A stretch of 64,000 nt of DNA from Eledone cirrhosa. Taxonomy: Eukaryota. The notes under the pieces are model-generated. The model was not told the DNA's origin. It saw nothing but the letters and a program-made list of their open reading frames with translations, and did not search any database. Location: positions 125,240,001 to 125,304,000 of the forward strand of contig OZ024745.1 in the NCBI GenBank assembly GCA_964016885.1. The letters run 5' to 3'. A program made the position numbers and the translations under genes. Shown in pieces: positions 53,761 to 64,000 of the stretch. Numbering within the stretch: the first letter of the stretch is position 1; every line of letters begins with the position of its first letter.

Positions 53761-54859
53761 TTTTATATATATTTTATATATATATATATATATATACCAG
53801 GTGTGCTTTTTGAACCCTATTAATTATCATTTTCCTTATATAACGTGATCTGTGTAGAACGTTTTCAAACGTCCACACTTTTTTCACTATATATATATTA
53901 CATTCAAGTAGACGACCAATTACGGCATTGTATCTAACACTCCTACTAGTTGATCTCAAAGTATCCTTAGATAAACACTCAACTGCCTGAAGCATCCCAG
54001 ATTACATTTAGGGGTCCAGCTGGAGTATATACACTGGTGCTTAGGGAATAGCATCCCTACAATGCTATAAATAGTTATTGACGTGGTCACTAGCTTATAA
54101 CAGAGCTGATATTGAGAAAGGGGAGAATGAAGTTTGTCAGTTCCCTTATCTTTCTACTCTCGATTCTCCAGAGAAACATATAGGATAATAAAAGAATGTT
54201 CGGAAGACCATCTAAAGATGCCGGATTAATGCTATGTAACCAACACACTGACAACTCGTCAAACCCTTTGAAACATCTGTAATGAAAAATGTCTCTCCGA
54301 ATATTTTTCTTTTAACTCCATGGGGCATTTAGAATCACGGTGATGATGTTTAATTGAGAAATAAAGTTGTATCAGTGACAGAATTTCGAAGATGTTGTCA
54401 CATAAATATAAAAGGAAATGGAAAATAAGCATTTTGTGCGTATTAAATATCATAGCGTAGAGTATAACATATTTAGAGTATACGTTTTGCAGTTACCATT
54501 TATAGTAATGACTTTCACGAGCAAATTTTGTAGTAGTAACTCTGGAAAGAGTGCATATGTAGGCAAGAGAACGGTGAATAACTTCATTTCATCTACTGAT
54601 TCAAGAAGATGCATTTCCTGAAAGTATAATGAATAATGGCTTCTTCTTGATGAAATTTTGAATAGTTTTTTCTGACCAATGCTTTATCAAAGTTAATGTG
54701 GTCTGTATTGTAATTCTCTTCTATTGCCTTGATATACCAGAAACAAACATTGCATAAAATTACTATATAATTGAATATATCGCATCGACAACTGTTTGAA
54801 AAACAACCCGCTCTTACCTTATTTTTCTTCCTGACAATATTCGTCATCATATATATTTT

Positions 54860-55170
54860 ATAGATGATGCTTCAGAATTCAATGAATTGAAAATTAAGTC
54901 CTTTTCTCATCTATATCACTGCCAAAACCTCTCCTCGGAGCATTTATAATTTTTCAAGAACCTTGTCAATATAAGCCCAATAAACATTTTCAAAAGCAGA
55001 CAACCATAGAATATATCTCTAAAGAATTCATTGATTTGAGAAATACTGATTTCTACAAGATATGAATATATAATCGAATTAGTTACAAGCCGTCAAAAGT
55101 ATATTGAATCAAATGATGGTTACGTAATAAAACACCATTTTCAGCTATACTTTATTGACTTTCAAATTTG
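54860..55170 (+). pseudogene. Decayed mariner transposase C-terminus
   Basis: Fragments resemble YHFFKHLDN and EFIDLRNTDFY...QKYIESNDGY. Confidence 0.45.
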
Positions 55171-56328
55171 CTTTGCCATACTAATATGAAAATTACGACA
55201 GCCAAAATACCTCCTCACATTTTCTATTTATAAATAGACAGACTAGCTGAATGGACATAATGTAACACCAGTGGAGAACCATGAATACTTGATCTGATTT
55301 ACCAAGCTGGCCAGAATGCATGATTGGATATGATTAACATACCTATTTTCTACACTGATGTACGAAGGTATGCTATTGTGGTGTAGCAACACAAACTGTT
55401 ACTTATCTCTAATATTTCTTAGTAAAATGACCGAACACAAAAAACTGGAGGGAGAATGAAATCCATCATTATTATATAGTCAACTTTGTTGTTAACTTTT
55501 GTTTGATAATTACCTACCCCTGCATACACGCACACTTACATATATATACACATTTTAGACATGTCTGAACATATGTATAGATGTGTGCGTACGTGTATCG
55601 AAATATATATACGATTACATCCATACGGAATTTAGGGATACAAGATTATGCACGTAATACATGTTTTGTTTTGATCGTATCATCAAAGGTCAAGCCGTAT
55701 TCACCACTCTTAGGGAATTGCAGGTTGGTGAGGCTATTTAACCCGTAGTTGGCGCGACGATCTGACCCGATATTTCGGCCCCACGTGGCTGATTATGGCA
55801 ACAGATAGGAAGTGGGGGAGATCAACCAGAGAGATGGTCCTCCAAAACAAGAGAGAAGGCTTTGACTATGTATTTGTATTTGTAATACATGTTGAGTTCT
55901 TGCATTATTTCTTGATAACATGTATATCTATTCCAGAGCTATAGATCATTTGCTTAATATAACACACTTCATGTGTGCAGTTTAATTGGTAAAGTATTAA
56001 TTGCTGTAGCGTCTGTAATATTTAATAATTCATTTGTTTCTATATAGCTTCCTTATCTACTCTTCTAAAATGTACTTTACCTTTTAATAATGTATTACGA
56101 TAGGGCATTGAGAGTGCAGTCACACAACACGAAATGAAAAACATGTATCTCTAAGAACAATTATATTTACGGTTGACGTATACGTAAAATATTGTGGATA
56201 TGTGCAAGGGTAGAATGGAATTCTTGGATAGACGTGTAGTGGCGGGAAAGTTGTCAATTGAATTGATTATTGTACATTTTGTAGGATGTAAAATAGCGTG
56301 AGAATAGAAGGTTATTGCTTCACGTCGA

Positions 56329-56406
<78 letters not shown>

Positions 56407-56526
56407 TATATTATATATATACATATATATATATAATTATATATATATATATATACATACATATATATATATACATATATATATATATATGTATGTGTGT
56501 GTGTAAATGTTTGAGATTATATGTAA

Positions 56527-56562
<36 letters not shown>

Positions 56563-56629
56563 ATATAAATAATATATATGTGTGTTGCGTATGTATGTAT
56601 GTGTGTGTATATGTGTTTGTGACTATATG

Positions 56630-56681
<52 letters not shown>

Positions 56682-56798
56682 TTTCTACTTTAGGCACAAG
56701 GCCAGCAATTACCCAGTGCATTACTGGCACTTTATTTTATCGACCCCGTAAGGATGAAAGGCAGAGTCAACCTCGGCGGGATTTGAACTCAGATCGTA
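56682..56798 (-). mobile_element. SINE, 5'-truncated, in (TA)n
   Basis: Matches the 3' half of the consensus. Confidence 0.85.
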
Positions 56799-56805
56799 AA
56801 TATAT

Positions 56806-56837
<32 letters not shown>

Positions 56838-57804
56838 ATATACGTGTGTAGGGAGAGATATAAAAGCAAAAAGAGGAAATATAAAATAATCGCCAAAAAG
56901 AAATATCGCCACGTATACACTATCAATAAATAGATAATAAATTTGAAGTGTATAAGTCAATAAATATATATTTTTTAATGATTATGTAAAAATAAAATAT
57001 AAATTGGCATGAATTATTAAATAAAAGGAAATATTGACAAAATATATTTAGATATGAGAAAATATTGATTCCTGCCATTTGGTTCATTGTGTTCTTTGCA
57101 AATGTTAATATATTTCAAGTATATGAATGAGTACTGAGCAGAAATAATCAGAGTAAATTGTTGCTGTTTCTTTGCTTTTCTGAATATCAGAATTTGCACC
57201 GAACAACTCTCTTATCTGCAGGTTACAGTTTATGAAAAGCGAAAAGGATGAAGCCCTACGCAATGATTCAATGAATATTCATTTTAGTTTGTGTCAAATT
57301 TTATCAGTGTTTAAAACTAAAATCGTATAGTGTGTGCGTTGTGCTGTTATTTAGATAAGTAAGAATTATGAGGAACATTATCACATGATACTATTGAGTA
57401 TATCTGTTTGTATTAACACATATATCTTTGTGTTCTTGTGCGGTTGTGCTATCATGCATGTAATGGTGATTAAGGATTCACACTAGTATGGATTGCAATG
57501 CAGTGTAAAAATATATTGAAGTAAAGTGGAATAATATTTGTTCAATCCGGGTTGCATCAGTCGTTTTTCCCGATCTTCATGTCTTCTACTTGTACTTATA
57601 CATATATATATTGAAAACTGCTGATACCCTCCCTGGCTACGCAGAGTATCTCGCGTGTGTACGGCTTTTTGAGTAACAAAAAATAGAATATTCAATTTAT
57701 TACGCATAGAAATTAGAAACCCGAATGTCTAAATAAAATCTACCTATCGAAAACGTATTTTATGCTACAGTAAATATTACTTCCTGGGTTCAATTTTTAA
57801 TTCA

Positions 57805-58420
57805 TTTTGGTGAAGCCCTATTTGTCCTCCACACACTTAGCCCATTGATTCTTCCACTGTTCGAAGCAAGCATGGAACGCTTCTTACGAAATGGCTCAGG
57901 GATGCACCGTCGTAGTCAGCAATATGTTCACACAGCTCTTAAAGCGGGAGGCTTTTAGTAGTATCTTCATTTTTGTGAACAACCATAAGTCAGAAAGAGC
58001 TATATCTGGAGAGAAGCGAGTGCGGGGAATAACAAAGTCCTTTCTTTGATACAAAATATCATTTAATTAATTGTGACGAATCAGCCATCGTGTTGACATG
58101 ATGCAGCTGCCAGTGTAATGAGGTGCACAGATCTTGTGCCAAATGGCGGCGCGAAGCCATCAGAGTACTTCCTGATGTACTCCTTTGTAATATTTTGTCC
58201 TTCGAGTACGTCTATAGTCTACATGAAAAACAGTCAGATTCGCCTAGATTTTTCTCCAGGCGTCATATAAATTGGTGGGCTTTGACGAAGTTGTATGTTT
58301 CCACTCTAATGACTGAGCTTTAGTTTCTGTGTCATACTCACACACCCACGTCACATCTCTAGTTATCGGATTATTCAGGAACTGAGGATCTTTGCAATAT
58401 TTGGTGAAACAAGTACAGCA
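57805..58420 (-). pseudogene. Mariner transposase catalytic-domain remnant
   Basis: ITRDVTWVCEYDTETKAQSLEWK, WQLHHVN, FSPDIALSDLWLFTKMK and FHACFEQWKNQWAKCVE appear in the canonical order. Confidence 0.85.
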
Positions 58421-59791
58421 CAACATACGCTGGATACCTGAGACGACCGACGCATCCAGCGAGATCACCAAACCTACGCCTGGACACTTTTCTCTCCTTA
58501 TCTTCATTATTTGCCAAAGGAAGAAAATATATTCGAATATTTTTTGACGCACATCATATGTACAGCATATCTCTTGTTATATATATCGCTCTCAGAGTCT
58601 TGCATCAAATTTTGATAAATAATAATAATGACAGATCCTAGTTACTTCACACTCATAATGTGCAACGAAGCGAAGACAAATAAATTGATACGAAAATTTG
58701 AGGAAGAAATATTACAGATATAACATAACATAATTTGAATTAATATTAAGTGAAAAACTAATACGATTTCTTGCAAAGGAAATGAAAATAACCAATCAGT
58801 TAAAACTTATTCTGTTACAAACTGTCGACCAGAAACTTGCGAAATATTTTTACTCACATCACAGCAATTTTTCTGGATAGACGTATATGAAAATATCTCA
58901 AGGCAATTTTAGTTTGCAAATAAAAGAATCCATCGTGTTACACAACACACAGTATGGTTAGAATTAAAACCCTAACCGTAGAAGACAGCATAATCGACGT
59001 GAGCCTGAGTCAGCAATGACATCATAACATTTCGAGAATTGCTTTAAAACAAAATCTAAAATTCTGCACGTTAACTTAAATTTAACTTCCCTTATTAATC
59101 TAATCAGGGAATGTTTGGAGAAAGAATGGGCAGACTGTTTTCGTCTATAGGGAGAAAGGTGTTGTATGCTGATGATCATGAAATTGTTGCAATGATTATA
59201 GATAAGACTCTATCACATCGATGAAGCTGTCATGAATCTCTTCAAGTTCAATGTGAAGTATAAGGTGAGTCTAAAACATGGAGATGCTTTACTCGAGTGA
59301 ATTTGATGTAAGGTAGGTTCACATGCAATAACGATGGTAAAATAGAGTCATTTATTGATTTCTAGGTAGAGATTGCAGTCGGAAGGAGGAAATCTCTTCT
59401 GATAACAAAGTAGTCAGTAACTTAGAATGCCCTGATCTTCTATTGATGACAGTTTCCCCTATATGGGTTCTATTGGTAAATATTTTAAACGTATTTTTCA
59501 TGTTTTATATATTTTCATATGCCTCTTATTCCGTTCATCTAGACTCCTGCATGCCTGTTGCAATGATTTCATATTAGATATTCAGCATATCGTTGGGAAT
59601 TATATAGCCGATAAAGAGAAATATATTATTAAATAGACAAGTACTTTTTTCCGAACAATTTTTCACCCAGAGACTATGGTCAAATGCCAGAAATTACTGA
59701 CCTGGACAAAGTATCGGAGATGAATTCTTAATTTTGGACAAATCCTGCAGACATGCTAGCATCGCCAATTGATGGTTATTATTTATGATAT

Positions 59792-59986
59792 GGGCGTGGG
59801 TTGGCAGTATCGGTAGAGGTTCGGACGCCATGCTTTGCAGCATAGAGTTACGGCCTTTTATGATCTGAGTTCAAATCCCAACGAGGTTAACTTTGCCGTT
59901 CATCCTTACGGGGTCGATAAAATAAAGCACCAGTAATGTACTGGGGTCGATTTAATCCACTTTGGTCCTGTGCCAATACTAGAAAT
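59792..59986 (+). mobile_element. tRNA-derived SINE
   Basis: Matches the window consensus. Confidence 0.9.
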
Positions 59987-60049
59987 CTTTATTTATGATC
60001 TGGGAGATTTATGGAGAGATTACATCTTACTCTAAAAATACTAGGCACA

Positions 60050-61413
60050 TTTGGGAAAAAAGCCCTTATTGAAAAGTGGTGAAATGATTTACATTATCAA
60101 AGCATATATACCCTAATGGGAAACTTCAATGCACATGTTGGCACTGAGAACCTGTCATGGAAAGGAGAGATTGCAAGAAATGATGATCTCGATCTAAATA
60201 CAAATATAGAGGCCTTTTTAGACATTTGTACTAGAAATGGCCACTATATTATGAACACGTCCTTCCTGGACAAAAACATTAATAAATACACATAGTATAA
60301 TGGAAATAAGGGATAAAGATCAATAATTGGTTTTGTTATTGTCTCTGATCTCTTCGATCTTCAGAGAATATTATGCTAGAGTATGGGATCGATGGACAGC
60401 TTCTTGTTCTCTTGAAGTATTACTAATAACCTAGTATTTATGTTCGGATAAATGATGCTAGATCGAAACCATTCAATATAGCTGTCGGACTCGAGAAGGG
60501 TACTGCCACAGCTCTTTTTTATAACCTTCATGAGTAGCATTGACATGTGTAGGTGGGTTGGAAATGCTAACTAGGTCGGTGTGTGTAGAATCATTCGGCT
60601 GAAATTAGCAGAGAAGATACTAATTAACGCGTCGGAAGGTGATCACCTACACGCACTTGATACTTTCTGCTGCCGTGTGCTGCACGGTGGGAATATATTT
60701 CAGTGTCATGAAGACTAAGACACTCACGCTCTTAAGGAAGCCTGCGTAGTACAATCCAGAAGGGAGTGGAGATCCACTGAAGCAGATGGAGATGTTCAAG
60801 TATCTAGGGGCGATTTTAATGAGTGATGGGATGCAGAACGCTGAATTAATTGCAAGAATTAGTGGAGCTGATGCAGTAATGCGCCAAATTTATCATTCGG
60901 TCACCAGAAGATGAGACATAGATGTCAAAGCTAAACTCGCTATCTTCAATTCAGTATTTGAGTTAAAACTTATCTATGGTCATGAACTTTGGATAATGAA
61001 TGAAAGAATACAGTCGCGAATACAAGCGGCCGAAATGTGATTCCTTTGAAGGGTCTTTTTAGTAACGTTACTCAAAGAAGTTCGTAAATTGGAGATCAGG
61101 GAGCCAGTCCAGTTAAAGTCGTTATTTCTCTTAATTGAGAGATCACATCTTCAAAACTGCTCAAAATAACTAAAGAATGAAAATCTGGACAAATTTCACA
61201 GTCAAAACCAAGCGGTAGAACATCTCGAGCATAATGGCTTAATAACATTCATGAGCTTAACTGGTTTCGCTTGAGAATCTACCGGATGAGTTGTAGATGG
61301 TTGCTTCTGACACGATTCCCTGGAAGGGGTGTTTAAAAATTCTGATCCCACGACCCTCCCAGAAATAATTGGAAGAAGAAGAAGAAGAAGAAGAAGAAGA
61401 AGAAGAAGAAGAA
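60050..61413 (+). mobile_element. Decayed, internally deleted RTE LINE with a (GAA)n tail
   Basis: FNAHVGT, IMNTSF, EYGIDGQLL, and LKQMEMFKYLGAILMSDG...KAKLAIFNSVF..KLIYGHELWIMNERIQSRIQAAEM. The (gaa)n tail is at 61372-61413. Confidence 0.85.
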
Positions 61414-62032
61414 AGTATCTCTTGAGAAATTGTATGTTTCTTTATAGATTAGACTTATGACATTCTTCTATGTCACCTGTTGAAGTTTTTACAGAAATAG
61501 TCGTCTATCCTTCCAGTTGTACTAATTAGAAAGTGATTTTACAAGACATCTATTAACTGCCATATTGTATTTAATTCAATGGCTAATACAATCTAAGTTT
61601 AACACTTTTCAGTCCGATTCTACATTATTTTAAAGATATTTTGAAAATGCTATGTTGATTATCATCACGTTATTGTCATTTTTATAATGAGACATTTTGC
61701 CAAGCTTATTATAAGCTATTTGATGTTCTGTCTGTAGATCACAGTCGCACAGTATTCTTGCATTGTCATTTTCTAACAGTAATTCAATTCATTGTATTCA
61801 TTCCTTACACGTGTGGACTTGTGCCAAAGAATTATATCAGTTGACTTATTGTTATGGCGTGATATCACTGCAATACAATACTTATCTCGCTGCATTGATA
61901 CATGCAGAGTTTATCTTTCATTTATGTTTCTCTGTTAAAAGTTCTCTACATGAAATTTACAATGCCTAGCAGTGTTATTCTCTGTGGGTTATGTATTTGC
62001 GTTCGTAATTATCATTATTATTATTATTTTCA

Positions 62033-62618
62033 AGGTGGTTTGGCAGTAATCGGTAGAGCACATACACCATGCTTTGCAGCACAGAGTTCTGGCCCTTTGC
62101 GGTCTGAGTTCAAATCTTGTCGAGGTTAATTTTGCCTTTCATCTTTACGGGGTCGATAAAATAAAGTACCAGTAATGCACTGGGATAATTGCTGGCCTTG
62201 CGCCAAAATTAAAAACAATTATTATTCGTTTAAAGTGCGGTGGATTGGCAGTATTGCTAGAGCGTCAGACACCATGCTTTGCAGCATAGAGTTATGGCCT
62301 TTTAGGTTCTGAGTTCAAATCTCTCCGATGTTAGCTTTGATTTTCATCCTTACGAGGTCAATAAAATAAAGCGCCAGCAATGCATTGGGGTAATTGCCAA
62401 AAGTAGAATCAATTAATATTATTTTTGTATTGACCGGTGGATTGGCAGTATCGGTAGAGGGTTGGACGCCATGCTTTGCAGCACAGTTACGTCCCTTTAC
62501 GGACTGAGTTCAAATCCCGCCGAGGTTAACTTTGCCTTTCATCCTTACGGGGTCGATAAAATAAAGTAGCAGTAATATACTGGGATAATTGCTGGCCTTG
62601 TGCCAAAAAGTTGAAACA
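62033..62618 (+). mobile_element. Three tandem SINEs (62033-62217, 62237-62410, 62436-62618)
   Basis: Consensus matches with differing divergence. Confidence 0.9.
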
Positions 62619-63082
62619 ATTAATTTTGTATTGGCCGTCGGACTGAGAAGGTTAATTTTCAAGATTTTGCATTGAATTAATTATTGTAGTTTTTGGAGAC
62701 AAAGCGTTCATAAGATATCCGTCTTTTTCCCGTGTAAAGGTGACCCCACAATATTTGGGCTTTTCGGCCCGAATATTTGAACTTTATTATTTTTTTTTAA
62801 AATATATTTTCCTTAAAAAAAAACATGGACGAGACACACACCCTCAAGTTAAGTCACAGCAACTTAAACGTCGAGCGGAGTGATACCGCCCCTCCACAAC
62901 CATTACAAACACCAGCACAAACAACAAAATCAATGACAATAACAATACCAACAACAGTGAAAACACTAATGAGAACAAAAATGACAACAACACCAACAAC
63001 AGCAGTAACAGCGACAAAAACACCAACTTGAACAACAACATTATGCATATATGGAATACACATTCACACACAGATATATATA

Positions 63083-63119
<37 letters not shown>

Positions 63120-63595
63120 GGAATAGAATGAAACGAAATTTCATGTCTGACTCTTAGTACGGCACTTACTTAAATGTAAGTATGCATGTATGTATACGTA
63201 CATGCATATATGTATACAGACTACAGTAGTATGTATATACATACATGCACACATATATATATGCACGTATCGGTTTACCGAACATTTATTATAAACAAAC
63301 AGCCCAAATTACGCCGTACAGTGTTTATATATATTTATTATTATTATAGATATTTATTAAAATAACAGATTAAAGTTTAAACAAAGAATCGCTGCTTTCA
63401 CCCTTAACGGGATCTTCTGAAACTAACAAAGTCAATATATATATAAATTTTGAATATTTGTTGGTTGTATACCAATACCTCAGTATGCAGATTAGAGCAC
63501 TCGACGAGATGCGCAGGTTGGTTTGGTTACTCCGGAGTAATGTAAAATAAACTAAAATAAATAAGTCAAATATTTAAAATTTGGCTTCGTTTATT

Positions 63596-63650
63596 ACTGC
63601 TATATATATTTCGGTTACAGCCACCTTTGGCTGTGACCTCTTCAGGCAGT
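63596..63650 (-). ncRNA. Canonical type I hammerhead ribozyme
   Basis: actgc-CTGAAGA-ggt c acagcca aagg tggctgt a acc-GAA-atatatat-A-gcagt followed by aataaa. Confidence 0.88.
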
Positions 63651-63740
63651 CCGAATTAGTGTGGTAGAGACGAGTACACATGTTGTTGAGGTGTTTAACT
63701 TTGTCAATACTCTGATATGCCCAGTTCCTGGTTGGGTTAT

Positions 63741-63803
<63 letters not shown>

Positions 63804-63808
<5 letters not shown>

Positions 63809-63906
63809 AACCAGTAAGACCCCGACAGCTGAGCTCAAGCCATTTCGACATGAGTACTTTGGTGTGACATGGTCCACCTTGTATCTTACCACATGCCCTT
63901 TGTTAT
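63804..63906. mobile_element. Internally deleted member of the gaccccgacggc HHR-pLTR family
   Basis: aggaaccagtaagaccccgacagctgagctcaagccatttcgac is fused to the tail agtactttggtg...cttaccacatgccctttgtta, between TA tracts. Confidence 0.8.
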
Positions 63907-63930
63907 ATATATGTATGTGTGAGTGTGTGT

Positions 63931-63961
<31 letters not shown>

Positions 63962-64000
63962 CGTGCATGCGTGCGTGTGTTTATTCTCGTTTATTCTATA

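Noticed and set aside
55755-55802. ggcc-gaa-atat-c hammerhead 3' half on the minus strand
   Set aside because: The core reads ataatca and helix I does not pair convincingly, so it is too degenerate.
58640-59500. Possible additional old hAT transposase remnant (also 19900-20560)
   Set aside because: Only faint similarity is visible and no motif is clear enough to call without a profile search.
62825-63031. Thr-rich mucin-like ORF
   Set aside because: It is a degenerate (ACA)n trinucleotide repeat without splice support.
63385-63425. cagaaga-tccc..gggt-gaaagc motif on the minus strand
   Set aside because: No helix III or NUH triplet can be formed.

Overview
This is an AT-rich, microsatellite-saturated animal genomic window. 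The tRNA-derived SINE family and the overall repeat landscape suggest an octopod cephalopod, which is an inference. No intact protein-coding gene is visible. Almost all listed ORFs are (TA)n/(CA)n/(GA)n artefacts or decayed transposon fragments: Penelope-like GIY-YIG/RT, Tx1/L1-like, RTE, RTE-X, R4/Dong and mariner. There are about 20 SINE copies, a nested hAT-MITE > Helitron-like > minisatellite insertion, and two pairs of candidate micro-exons on the minus strand. The main signal, read by eye, is a dense set of about 13 minimal type I hammerhead ribozyme (HHR) motifs from at least 7 unrelated sequence families. Most have a palindromic helix III and several carry core variants (U3-A8 compensatory pair, C4). 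Nearly all lie a short tail away from a (TA)n tract, often inside fold-back (inverted pseudo-LTR) structures. They include a ~230 bp non-coding 'ribozyme-MITE' at 3491-3722 and a 2.26 kb fold-back element with two back-to-back U3-A8 HHRs at 8969-11228. All coordinates were counted by hand and may be off by a few bases.
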